Both the position numbers and the translations under genes were made by a program. DNA of 64,000 nucleotides from NCBI GenBank assembly GCA_964511255.1, contig CAZEEQ010000014.1, forward strand, positions 1,486 through 65,485. The letters run 5' to 3'. The notes beneath the pieces are model-generated. The model did no database searches and was not told where the DNA came from. It saw nothing but the letters and a program-made list of their open reading frames with translations. Of the stretch, positions 53,401 through 61,274 are shown piece by piece. The DNA is from an uncultured Paraperlucidibaca sp. GTDB taxonomy: Bacteria > Pseudomonadota > Gammaproteobacteria > Pseudomonadales > Moraxellaceae. Every line of letters starts with the position of its first letter. The first letter of the stretch is position 1.

Positions 53401-54592
53401 CGGCCAGCAGCAGCACGTCCGGTCTGAATTCGCGCACCAGCTCCAGCTGAGGATCAAGAATGGCGGCATCGGCAAAGCCGAGCACGCCGACGCCCCAGGG
53501 CCGTCCGGCGAGCTGATCGCGGGTTGAAGCCAGCAAGCGGCGTGAGTCATCGGCATTCATCAGCGACAGGGCCGTGAACGGCAGGGCACCGGCGCTGGCC
53601 ACCGCAGCAGAGAACTCGGCGACATCGCTGACACGGGTCATCGGCCCCTGCGCCACCGGATAGCGGGTGCCATGAGCTGCTGCCCAGGGGCTGCCCTCGG
53701 CCATGAGTGCGAGATCGCGGGCCTGACGCAGCTGTCCTTCGATGTGCATACGCAAGGTCTTGATCAGCGACTCGGCCGAGCTGCAGTGCTTGCTGACGGC
53801 ACGCGCCAGCGCGGCATCCTGTCCCACGGCCCAGAGCCGCTGGTCGTCGCTGCGACTGAGGCGTGCCAGCACCTCGCTGGCGCTGAGCTGATCCAGCTGA
53901 GCCAGCTCACGCTGGTCCTGCAGCAGCACCTGGTAATTCCCGGCGAGACAACGCACTTCGCTGCCGTCCATGGCCAGCACACGCTGCCGCAGGGCGGCCG
54001 GCAAGCTGCTCTCCGGCAACCCGGCGAGCACCGCATCGATCACGACACCAGTCGCTCCGCCAGCCAGGGCGGCAGCGGCCGTGTGGAGCGACATCCCGCC
54101 CTGGCACCAGACCGGCACCGCCGCGGCGGCCGCCAGATCGACCACGCGCTGCAGTAGCACGAAGCTGCTTTCGGCACCGACCCGCCCGCCGCTTTCCTGC
54201 CCCTTGGCAATCAGGCCATCGGCGCCCTGGGTCAGGGCCTCGGCGGCGGCGGCCAGTGAGCACACCTGATAGAGACACGGCACCTGCCGCCAGTCAGCCG
54301 GCAGCACCACGCCTTCACCGACGATGAGGAAGGCCACACCCTGCGGGAAAGCGAAGCCATCAACCGCTATGCCATCCGGTAAACGCAAGCCCAGGCCCGG
54401 CGTTGCATCCTGTGTCAGACGGGAAAGGAGCGCGGACCACTGCCCGGGATCCCGGCCGAGGTCGATCGCCGCCGGGATTTTTTGACGCAACAGTATCTGC
54501 GCCAGACGCAGGTCAGCGTGTTCGAACGGCGTCAGCGCCAGAATCGGTGAAGCGAGCGGACAGGGGGTGTTCTCGGTCGGCCGGAAAGACAT
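47462..54592 (-). CDS. Type I PKS, ER(FabK/PfaD-like)-KS-AT-ACP-ACP-KR
   Basis: N-terminal FMN-barrel motifs (QGPMTRVSD, EGRECGGHVG, AGGIHD); KS TSACASS/EAHGTGT/KSQIGH; AT GQGSQ/GHSYG/AFHS; two DLEADLSIDSIKRLE ACPs; KR TGGARGIT, HGAG, YATAN. Confidence 0.92.
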   Translation of the reverse strand: MSFRPTENTPCPLASPILALTPFEHADLRLAQILLRQKIPAAIDLGRDPGQWSALLSRLTQDATPGLGLRLPDGIAVDGFAFPQGVAFLIVGEGVVLPADWRQVPCLYQVCSLAAAAEALTQGADGLIAKGQESGGRVGAESSFVLLQRVVDLAAAAAVPVWCQGGMSLHTAAAALAGGATGVVIDAVLAGLPESSLPAALRQRVLAMDGSEVRCLAGNYQVLLQDQRELAQLDQLSASEVLARLSRSDDQRLWAVGQDAALARAVSKHCSSAESLIKTLRMHIEGQLRQARDLALMAEGSPWAAAHGTRYPVAQGPMTRVSDVAEFSAAVASAGALPFTALSLMNADDSRRLLASTRDQLAGRPWGVGVLGFADAAILDPQLELVREFRPDVLLLAGGRPSQARPFIEMGITTYLHVPSPGLLELFLKEGATHFVFEGRECGGHVGPRYSFVLWQQAVDCLLAYEHPERLHVLFAGGIHDARSSAMVAAIAAPLAARGARIGVLLGTAYLATEEAVATGAVLPAFQRRALSGGETVLVETAPGHAIRCVPSGFMTLFEREKARLQRDGVEPKQIWQQLEALTVGRLRIASKGVDRIEGRLVPVPHAVQDSEGMYMIGQVVALQRQVTTMAALHAAVASGAVAHLQALTIPSLTQVQRDEPVAIVGMACLYAGSPDLESYWENILSGRDLVGEVPAERWSVEQYYRGAGAPSDKSVSKWGGFIADTPFDPLQYGIPPASLAAIEPVQLLSLEIARQALRDAGYGERWFDREKTSVIFGAEAGMDLGNQYTFRNLWQQYGGDLPPALAEALPALTEDSFPGMLVNVISGRIANRLGLGGVNYAVTSACASSLTAIELAVKELRAGSSDMALAGGADFHNGISDYLMFSSVGALSAKGRCRSFDNAADGIALGEGVGVVVLKRLADARRDGDRIYAVIDGIAGSSDGKGLGLTAPRKEGQKRSLERAYWQAGVLPADIGLVEAHGTGTVVGDRTELQTLSEVYGSGGAVPGQAVLGSVKSQIGHTKCAAGVAGLIKIAKALHHGVQPGTQQISSPNAWYRPATSPFRFNAQPQPWLTSGDTPARAAVSAFGFGGANFHAVLSAWQPHRSRFGALAFPAELFVVRAESRAGAVTQLARVAEYLRAATADVLLRDLARTVWEAGSGPVQLAWVATDRRQLEAQLATLMADQPLAAASWRDDTLLTGKLACLFSGQGSQYPGMLRDLFVYFPTLQGVLAEGRAQLPAIYPATAFDEAERARQQQVLTDTRQAQPALGLVEWAAFEWLQGFGLRPDMAAGHSYGELVALATAGAFDLPALLSLSCARAEAMLSVVGDDAGSMAAVSLDVAALMPLLAGFPDVVMANQNSPVQTVISGPTAAVQAALAHLKMAGVAGKAIATACAFHSPLMAPASQRFAEVLADQPVTGLQWPVYGNQAATRHADTSEAIREALASHVSSPVRFVDEIERMHDDGARIFLEIGPRKVLTGLVARILQQRPHVAVALDQGDGSLASLLATLARLAVLMPGFDATPLFDGRAARLDLDQPPKLPASVWMVNGGRAWPRQGKLPAHAAAVITAPVISLSAGSAAPQALSVMPAAASAAPGEQAIVGYLNNMRDLVNAQRDVLLSFLGTPAAVTAPRALAPAEVVRVAAVPLSPTPPAVTVVPSPALPVESDQDILLALVSERTGYPVEMLDLDLDLEADLSIDSIKRLEVIGELSQRLQLRSRLGAQADSQLEQLAAQKTLRAVLAWLQQMPLAGAAPAAAVPVSPDTVAPAVAMPLALDAVLLGIVSDCTGYPVDALDIDLDLEADLSIDSIKRLEIVGQLTDRIGLDSRGSERDTLLDSLAACKTLRAMLARLAPDERPAAADAVTPAVETRPVAAATDPVDPEIAFARYVLRSREVAPAPAGHQLAGLRFLLTSDDLGIAPVLTARLQALGARVDLLDFTDGVALAADLSTCDGLIHLASVKSGNALSDVKRFFTLARQAVMHQARHLLVLSAQGGDFARLGADPQRGGGFAGMIKTLAREFPALQAHWLDVDLAEPVEALAGYAVAELQAADEVPEVAWQQGRRQRREVLPSALQSPDLAALPLTRDSVVLLTGGARGITARVAVELARRYQCQLELVGRSAAPAAAESSLTAAITDPRQLRQALLAEDSQRKPAEVERLARRLLAEREFRATLAAVQAAGASVHYTALDVRDGEAFTGLIADIYARRGRIDGVIHGAGVVEDKLVRDKSDDSFARVFDTKVNGALVLRQQIRDDVAFVVFFSSVASAFGNRGQVDYATANDVLDKLAHSWQGSIKGRVLSVNWGPWADTGMVSDALRNEYARKGIGLIPQAAGVAALFAELADASGESQVVLMSGRPESFAARSNAVVAGG

Positions 54593-54612
54593 GCAATAAC
54601 CTGCAAAGCCAG

Positions 54613-54631
54613 TGTGTTCAAAGCGAACACA
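54613..54631. promoter_or_regulatory. Perfect inverted repeat 20 nt upstream of the PKS start
   Basis: TGTGTTC-aaagc-GAACACA. Confidence 0.45.
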
Positions 54632-54765
54632 AGAAAAAAAGGAAGGCCGGCAAACGTGCCGAAAGTTGCCTTACTGCGCTGGAAGTCCAGACAGAAGTTC
54701 TACATTAGAAGATGCGCAATCTTGGTGAATCGCTGTGTTACCGTTTGTAATATTGTGTTGTTAAA

Positions 54766-54780
54766 TGGCAACGGGTTTGC
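54766..54780 (+). promoter_or_regulatory. Candidate sigma54 (-24/-12) promoter facing tolC
   Basis: TGGCAACGGGTTTGC (GG-N10-GC) about 70 nt upstream of the tolC ATG in an AT-rich intergenic region. Confidence 0.4.
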
Positions 54781-54849
54781 GCATTCACACAACAAGACAA
54801 CAGCAGCTGGCATGATTCGAGGCCCGTGCTCATCCGTTCAGTACCCACC

Positions 54850-56241
54850 ATGCCGTCACCTTTCATGCGCCCCCTGCTGCTTGCAACCCTCCTGATGCTG
54901 GCCACCACGACCCAGGCCATGGATCTGCTCGAGACCCTGCAGCGCGCGCAACTGAAAGATCCGCGCTTCGCTGCCATCAAAGCCGCCCGTGATGCCGCCG
55001 ACATCACACCCGATATTGCCCGGGCCGCTTTGCTGCCTCAGGTGGTCGCCAGCCTGGAAGTCAGCCGGAATGAGCTCACTCAGGACCCGATCAGGCTGGG
55101 CAATAATCTGCCGGCCATCGGCGGTGACAGCGCCTATGACAACACCGCCTGGGGTCTGCGTGTGACGCAGCCACTGTTCGACTGGTCGGCGTTTCATCAG
55201 TTCGAAGCCGCGCGATCGCAGCGCTCACGCGATCAGGCCAAGGCGGATGAGCAAACCCAGAACCTGACGCTCCGCATTGCCGAAAGCTATTTCACGGTAT
55301 TGCGCGCCAGCGCGGCGCTGGAGCTCGCCAAAAGCCGTGAAGCCACGCTGACCAAAAAGCTTGAAGAGGCGCAGGCCAAATTTGCCGAAGGGGTCATCCC
55401 TCAGCTCGACGTGATGGAAAGCGAGACCCAGCGGGATACTGCCTACAGCCAGCGCCTGAGCGCGGAGGATGCACTCAACAGCAGCCGCGAAACGCTGGGC
55501 GCGGCCATCGGTCAGCCGGTCGACAATCTCGCCCCGCTGCGCGAGCGTATCGTCGTCGCCCCCCCGGTCCCCGATAACGCCGCGGCCTGGGGCAAGCTCG
55601 CCCGCGAGCGCAACCCCGGCCTGGTGGCTTCGCGCCATGATCTGGTCGCCAGCGAATCCGGGCGTACCGCCCTGCGCTCAGGCTACCTGCCTCAGGTCAA
55701 TCTCTTTGCTGCCCACAGTGACAGCAAGGTATCCGGCTCGGATGGGCTGAGCACGTCACTGAATTCGGGCGAAAAGGATGTCATTGGCGTGGAAGCACGC
55801 TGGGAGCTGTTCGGTGGTGGTCGTACCGCCGCCACGCTGAAGCAGGCCGAGCTGCAGAATGAAGTGTTGCGTCAGAATCTGCAGTCCGCAGAGCAAAGCC
55901 TGGAGAACCAGGCCCGGGCGCAGTTCAATACGGTGCGCACCGATGCCGCCAGGCTGCAGGCCAATCGCCGCAACGTGGCTTCGGCGGAGAAGTCCTACCA
56001 GGCCATCGAGGCCGGCTACGAAGCCGGCACCCACACCATTACCGATCTCATGGCGGCAGAAACCAAGCTGCACTCGGCCCGCAATGAGCTCAGCAATGTG
56101 CGCTATGAGTACATCATCGACAGCCTGCGCCTGCACGCAGCGGCCGGCCTGCTCGATCAACAGGCTCTGCTGCGCTACAACGACTGGCTGATGACCGCCG
56201 CACCGGCACCGTCAGCCGCCATCAGCCCGGTCACACCCTGA
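54850..56241 (+). CDS. TolC-family outer membrane efflux protein
   Basis: Signal peptide, AALLPQV, TQPLFD, YLPQVNL, YEAGTHTITDLM; two OEP repeats. Confidence 0.92.
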   Translation: MPSPFMRPLLLATLLMLATTTQAMDLLETLQRAQLKDPRFAAIKAARDAADITPDIARAALLPQVVASLEVSRNELTQDPIRLGNNLPAIGGDSAYDNTAWGLRVTQPLFDWSAFHQFEAARSQRSRDQAKADEQTQNLTLRIAESYFTVLRASAALELAKSREATLTKKLEEAQAKFAEGVIPQLDVMESETQRDTAYSQRLSAEDALNSSRETLGAAIGQPVDNLAPLRERIVVAPPVPDNAAAWGKLARERNPGLVASRHDLVASESGRTALRSGYLPQVNLFAAHSDSKVSGSDGLSTSLNSGEKDVIGVEARWELFGGGRTAATLKQAELQNEVLRQNLQSAEQSLENQARAQFNTVRTDAARLQANRRNVASAEKSYQAIEAGYEAGTHTITDLMAAETKLHSARNELSNVRYEYIIDSLRLHAAAGLLDQQALLRYNDWLMTAAPAPSAAISPVTP

Positions 56242-56260
56242 TCCGGCTATGGCAACTGAT

Positions 56261-56292
56261 GCCGGGATGATACGGCCCCGGCTCATCCCGGC
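56261..56292 (+). terminator. 10-bp stem-loop after tolC
   Basis: GCCGGGATGA-N12-TCATCCCGGC; no U tract. Confidence 0.45.
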
Positions 56293-56451
56293 GGCCTGGC
56301 GGGCCCACAGGTCATAGGCCACCCGCCCGGATGAAGCCGTCAGCGCGGCATGGGCATGACCGGATGGCTCCGTTCCCCGTTCAGCGCATACAATTCACCG
56401 CAATGCATCGCACACACGCGACCGCCAATCACCTCTGCACCGAGTCCCGTC

Positions 56452-57153
56452 ATGAGCGACAACCCCAAGCCGCGCCCGTTCACCGATCGCATCAAGACTT
56501 TCATGCCGCGCACATCACCGCTCAACGCCTCGCAACAGCGCGGCATGGATGAGTTCGCGCCGCGCTATGTGCTCACCCTCGCCCAGGGTGCCTTCGACCC
56601 CCGCGCCGTGTTCGGTCGCGAGGCACCGCTGACGCTGGAAATCGGCTTCGGTATGGGCCAGACGCTGATCGAGATGGCCGAGGCCGCACCCGAGCGCGAC
56701 TTCATCGGCATCGAGATTCACAAGCCGGGGGTGGCGCAGCTGTGTCATGACGCCGGCACGCGCGCACTGCCCAACCTCCGCTGCTACAGCGAAGACGCCG
56801 TGGAGGTCATGGAAAAGGCACTGGCCGATGGCAGCGTCGACACCCTCCAGCTGTTCTTTCCCGATCCCTGGCAGAAGGCCCGCCATCACAAGCGCCGCTT
56901 TGTGCGCCCGGACCTGATCGCCTTGGTGCAGCGCAAGCTGCGCATCGGGGGACGTTTCCACATGGCCACCGACTGGGCACCCTATGCCGAGTGGATGCTG
57001 GAGCACATGGAAGCCGCGACCGGCTTTGCCAATGCCCATGCCAAGGGCGAATATCATCCGCGCCCGGACTGGCGCCCGCTCACCAAGTTCGAGAAGCGCG
57101 GCCAGAACCAGGGCCATGGCGTATGGGATCTGATCTATGAACGCATCGCCTGA
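56452..57153 (+). CDS. trmB: tRNA (guanine-N7)-methyltransferase
   Basis: LEIGFGMG, FFPDPW.KARHHKRR, HMATDW, TKFEKRG; start moved to ATG 56452. Confidence 0.96.
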   Translation: MSDNPKPRPFTDRIKTFMPRTSPLNASQQRGMDEFAPRYVLTLAQGAFDPRAVFGREAPLTLEIGFGMGQTLIEMAEAAPERDFIGIEIHKPGVAQLCHDAGTRALPNLRCYSEDAVEVMEKALADGSVDTLQLFFPDPWQKARHHKRRFVRPDLIALVQRKLRIGGRFHMATDWAPYAEWMLEHMEAATGFANAHAKGEYHPRPDWRPLTKFEKRGQNQGHGVWDLIYERIA

Positions 57154-57940
57154 TACCACGCCGGCACATGCCGGCCGCCTGAAACCGGCGGATAGCGCAG
57201 CCGCCGCGGACCAGCCACCACTGTTCAAAGGCGGGCTGTCGGACTGGGCGCTGTTCCTGATTGCCTGCTTTTCCATTGTCCTGCTGGCCTGGCCGATACT
57301 GCTCAAGGTCACACCGGAACAGATGTTCTGGATTCGCGTGGTCGACTCCAGCATTTGCGCCCTCTTTGCCATCGAGTTCTTCCTGCACTGGCGCCAGGCC
57401 GGCTGGGGCCTGCCCTACCTCGGCCGCAACTGGTATGCCTTCCTCGGCATGATCCCGGTCGCGCATCCGGCCATCATCGCCAACCCCTGGCTCAGCCTGC
57501 TGCTGGTACTGGCGCGTCTTGGCCGCGCGGTAGACCGCATTCTCGGCTCCGGCTTTGTCTATCGTCTGCTGACACGGCTCAAGGATGCCGCCATCGGCGC
57601 GGTCAGCGGCGCCATCACGGTGGCGGTGCTGAACGAAGTCGCCGACGTCCTGGTCAAGGGCACCTACACCCGCAACATTTCGCAGGCACTGGCCGAAAAC
57701 GAGACCGAACTGCGTGCCATGGTGCTGGAGAAGCTGCGCAACGACCCGCAGGCGGGCAAGCTGCGCTGGCTGCCCTACCACGATGCCATTGTCGACTCGG
57801 TGATCACTGCCGTACTGCGGGTCACCGAAGGCATCCTCAACGATCCGCGCACCGACGAGCTGGTCGCTGACATGCTGCGCGAGAACATTGACCAGCTGCG
57901 GCTGGCCGTGGAGCAGGCACAGACAGACAAGAAGGCCTGA
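57137..57940 (+). CDS. Membrane protein with voltage-sensor-like (S1-S4) domain and helical C-terminus
   Basis: VDSSICALFAIEFF (S2-like), RNWYAFLGMIP (S3-like), LARLGRAVDR (S4-like); no pore motif. Confidence 0.6.
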   Translation: MNASPDTTPAHAGRLKPADSAAAADQPPLFKGGLSDWALFLIACFSIVLLAWPILLKVTPEQMFWIRVVDSSICALFAIEFFLHWRQAGWGLPYLGRNWYAFLGMIPVAHPAIIANPWLSLLLVLARLGRAVDRILGSGFVYRLLTRLKDAAIGAVSGAITVAVLNEVADVLVKGTYTRNISQALAENETELRAMVLEKLRNDPQAGKLRWLPYHDAIVDSVITAVLRVTEGILNDPRTDELVADMLRENIDQLRLAVEQAQTDKKA

Positions 57941-58018
57941 GCACCAGACCACTTGCCTTGCCGGCGGCCGGCTTTTCCTCTATCAAGGTCAGGCCTGCTC
58001 CGATCTTGATGAGTGCAC

Positions 58019-59797
58019 ATGGACGCCGCCTTCGAGCTTTCCCGCATCCCCCTGTTCGCCTCGCTGGCCCCGCCCGCGCTGGCCGAGCTGGCGAGCCATG
58101 CCAGCGCCGTGCGACTGACCAGCGGTGACTGCCTTTATCAGGCCGCGCAAACAGCCGATCAGTTCTATGTCCTGGTCAGCGGGCGGCTGCGTGTCACCGT
58201 GGGTGGCGAGCTGCTGGGCTATGTCAATCGCCACGAGCCGGTCGGCGAGATGGGCGTGGTCTCGGGTCAGCCGCGCAGTTCGGCCGTCCATGCCGTGCGT
58301 GACAGCCGGCTGCTGGCCATCCCGGCCGGGTTTTTTCTCGACTTCATGCATGCCCAGGCAGATGCCATGCTGGCGCTGGCGCGGCTGGTCATCGCCCGTG
58401 GCCGCCAGCAGCGCGGCCGGCGCCGCCTGAGCACGACCAGTCATGGCGGCACGCTGGCACTGATTCCGGCCTCGTCCGGTGTTTCCGCCATCCAGCTCGG
58501 CGAAGCCCTGGTCAGCCATCTGCACGGCTGGCCGCACACCACCCTGATCACCGCGGCCCATATCGATACGGTTTTCGGCCACGGTTTTGCCCAGACCCCC
58601 CTGGATGGCAGTGTGGCCGACCTGCGCTTGCGTCATTGGCTGGCCGACCTGGAAGAGCGCCATGTCTTCGTGCTCTATGCTGCCGACAACGACCATGACC
58701 CGTGGTCGCTGCGCTGCCTGCGCCAGGCCGACCGCATCCTCATTCTGGCCGAGGCCGGCAGCCCGCCCGATGATGTGCCGGTGCTGGATGAACTGCGCGC
58801 GCGCGGACTGCTGGCGCCCGTCGAACTGGTCCTGCTGCGTCCGGAGGGGGACCCATCCCCCCATACGCGCGCCTGGTGCAAGGAAACCGGCGCGCGGGCG
58901 CATTACTTCGTTCACCCCTGGGCCAAAGAGGACATCTGCGCCCTCGCCCGCCAGATCTCCGGGCGCGGTGTCGGGCTCGTGCTCGGCGGGGGCGGTGCCC
59001 GCGGCTTTGCGCACATCGGTCTGGTTCGCGCCCTGGAGCAGTTGCAGATTCCGGTCGATATCGCCGGCGGCACCAGCATGGGCGCCTTCGTGTCAGCCAT
59101 GCTCGCCTGCGGCTTCGACAGCGTGGAAATGGAGCATGTCGCCCATGAGACTTTTGTCGCCAAGAACTACCTTAACGACTACACCATGCCGCGCGTCTCG
59201 CTGATCCGTGGCCAGCGCTTTCACAACCGCCTGACCGCGATCTTCGGCAATCGCCAGATCGAGGAGCTGCGCCGCACCTACTACTGTGTTTCAACCAACC
59301 TGACAACGGGCATGCCGGCGGTGCATGAGAGCGGCGGTCTCGCGACCTGGGTGGGCACCAGCATGAGTGTGCCGGGGGTCGCGCCGCCGATTGCTTTCGA
59401 GGGCGACCTGCTCTGTGATGGCGCCGTGGTCAACAACCTGCCGACGGACGTCATGCAGAATCTCGAGCGCGGCGTGATCATCGCCAGCAATGTCAGCGCC
59501 TTCGGCGACATCAGCGCACCCGGTGCTGGTATCGGCCTGCCAGACCAGCAGGCACTGCTGCACTGGCGCGGCGAGCGGCGGGCGCCAAAGCTGTCGGAAA
59601 TTCTCATGCGCAGCGCTTCGCTGGCCAGCGAGACCAGCATCCAGCAGGCATCCATCGAGCGCGCCGACATCTGCCTCAATCTGCCGGTGCAGGACATCGG
59701 CATGTTCGAGTGGAATCGTCTCGATGACCTCATCGAGCGCGGCTACCGGCAGGCCATGGAGCAGCTCCTGCCACTGCGCGGGACGCTGCCCGACTGA
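58019..59797 (+). CDS. cNMP-binding domain plus patatin phospholipase (NTE-like)
   Basis: GEMGVVSGQPRSSAV cNMP motif; LGGGGARG, GTSMG, DGA patatin motifs. Confidence 0.9.
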   Translation: MDAAFELSRIPLFASLAPPALAELASHASAVRLTSGDCLYQAAQTADQFYVLVSGRLRVTVGGELLGYVNRHEPVGEMGVVSGQPRSSAVHAVRDSRLLAIPAGFFLDFMHAQADAMLALARLVIARGRQQRGRRRLSTTSHGGTLALIPASSGVSAIQLGEALVSHLHGWPHTTLITAAHIDTVFGHGFAQTPLDGSVADLRLRHWLADLEERHVFVLYAADNDHDPWSLRCLRQADRILILAEAGSPPDDVPVLDELRARGLLAPVELVLLRPEGDPSPHTRAWCKETGARAHYFVHPWAKEDICALARQISGRGVGLVLGGGGARGFAHIGLVRALEQLQIPVDIAGGTSMGAFVSAMLACGFDSVEMEHVAHETFVAKNYLNDYTMPRVSLIRGQRFHNRLTAIFGNRQIEELRRTYYCVSTNLTTGMPAVHESGGLATWVGTSMSVPGVAPPIAFEGDLLCDGAVVNNLPTDVMQNLERGVIIASNVSAFGDISAPGAGIGLPDQQALLHWRGERRAPKLSEILMRSASLASETSIQQASIERADICLNLPVQDIGMFEWNRLDDLIERGYRQAMEQLLPLRGTLPD

Positions 59798-59813
59798 GCC
59801 TGGCGGGAGGGAT

Positions 59814-61028
59814 TCAGCCGGTCGGTCCGGCCGCGGCCTTTTCACCTGTCGGCGGCACCAAATGTGCCAGACCCTGGGCGTGCAGGGCACCATGGATATA
59901 AGCCACCGTATCCGCATCAAGTCCGCCGACATAATGCTCCAGCACCTGCAGGCACTCGCCATGACGAGCGACCGGCAGACGGCCGACAATGTCGAGCACG
60001 GTATCGAACTGCGCCCGCAACAACGCCGCATAGGCGATACGATCAAAGACATCGCGGCTGACATCGGACAGCGCCACCGCCACGGCATCACGACCGGCAT
60101 CATTCATGCTCGCCGCCAGCGTGAGCAGCGAGGTCCAGAGCCCGGACTCGTCGGCCGCCCGGAGAATGCTGCGCATCACCTCGGCATCGAGGAGGAATGG
60201 CAGATTGACGACGCGACGCTGAACGTCGGGCGAGAGGCAGACCACGACCGGCAGGATATCCGCCCAAAGGTCTTCCTCCTGTGCCGCCCGGACGATGGCC
60301 GCCAGCACCTCGTCGCCCTGCTGTGCAGCGAGGTCGCCGAGCTCGCGCTTGAGGCCGTAGCCCACGTTGGTCACCAGCGCCAGCAGCTTGGGCCAGAGCT
60401 CGCGTCGGCTCGGGTCACAGACAATCATCATGGCCTTGTGAATACGTTCGGGCGGCAGAATGCGCACGAGATGATCGATCCGCTCGCGCGACTCCAGATG
60501 AAAGACGATTTCGAGCAGGTCGCCCTCATCCGCCACCTCGCCGGCCACTTCGCACACCACCTCATCCGGCATCAGGCCGACAAAACGTCCGATGGTCACG
60601 AAATCCCGTTTGTCGAGCAGGATGCGGGCAATTGCCGCGACCTGGCTCACCGGCAGCAGCCCGATCAGTTCGCGTGCACTGCGCGGATCCAGAGCCACCG
60701 CGACCTCCGCCATGAAAAAAGCCGGCAGAAAACGGGAGATGGCTGCGGCACGCCAGGCCGGCAATTCGCCGGCAATGCGCGCGGTCAGGCGCGGCCCCAG
60801 CCACCAGCGCACCAGCCCGGCCGCCAGCCAGGCCGGCAGCCAGCGCGCCCAGCCCGCCAGGGCACGGAAGACCTGCCGCCGTTCATCGAAAATACGATCC
60901 GACAGCGCCACACGCAGATGCCTGAGCACCTCAGGCGCCTGATCGGAGAGAAAAGACAGCTGCTCCGGCGCCGCTCCCAGGGCGCGCCCCAGCTTGATCA
61001 GCTCGGCACGTGCGGCCAGCCCGGTCAT
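59814..61028 (-). CDS. Hypothetical all-helical repeat protein
   Basis: 404-aa ORF with host-like codon bias; repeated IVRAAQEEDLWADIL / ILRAADESGLWTSLL segments. Confidence 0.7.
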   Translation of the reverse strand: MTGLAARAELIKLGRALGAAPEQLSFLSDQAPEVLRHLRVALSDRIFDERRQVFRALAGWARWLPAWLAAGLVRWWLGPRLTARIAGELPAWRAAAISRFLPAFFMAEVAVALDPRSARELIGLLPVSQVAAIARILLDKRDFVTIGRFVGLMPDEVVCEVAGEVADEGDLLEIVFHLESRERIDHLVRILPPERIHKAMMIVCDPSRRELWPKLLALVTNVGYGLKRELGDLAAQQGDEVLAAIVRAAQEEDLWADILPVVVCLSPDVQRRVVNLPFLLDAEVMRSILRAADESGLWTSLLTLAASMNDAGRDAVAVALSDVSRDVFDRIAYAALLRAQFDTVLDIVGRLPVARHGECLQVLEHYVGGLDADTVAYIHGALHAQGLAHLVPPTGEKAAAGPTG

Positions 61029-61264
61029 GGCGACCTCCGCAGCCGGCGTGGCAGCAGCAGGCTCAGCGGCCAGGCCCTGGAGATATCGCGCTGGAGATCA
61101 CTCTCGGCGCGCACGCAGGCCTGGCGAACCTGCTGCTCAAGCCAGGACAGCTGGGCCGGCGACAACGCCGACAGGGCGGCCAGACTCAGCGGTGGGCGAC
61201 GCAGGCTATGCGCCAGACTCTGCAATTCCGTTTGACTCATCGCGACCTCCGGCATGGACACCAC
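61025..61264 (-). CDS. Small hypothetical protein resembling the N-terminus of the downstream gene product
   Basis: Stop overlaps the next ATG by 4 nt; GGAGG RBS before an internal ATG at 61240. Confidence 0.6.
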   Translation of the reverse strand: MVSMPEVAMSQTELQSLAHSLRRPPLSLAALSALSPAQLSWLEQQVRQACVRAESDLQRDISRAWPLSLLLPRRLRRSP

Positions 61265-61274
61265 GCCAGTGTAG

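Noticed and set aside
43028..54592. Enediyne PksE or canonical EPA/DHA pfa cluster
   Set aside because: Domain order differs from PksE (KS-AT-ACP-KR-DH-PPTase in one chain) and the enediyne cassette genes are absent; no KS-CLF with FabA-like DH pair as in PfaC
54649..54662. Minus-strand GGCACGTTTGC as a sigma54 promoter for the PKS operon
   Set aside because: GG-to-GC spacing is too short for the required GG-N10-GC
58019..61264. Patatin plus cNMP domain as a CBASS/Pycsar defence system
   Set aside because: No CD-NTase or pyrimidine cyclase in the window; the architecture fits a housekeeping NTE-like esterase
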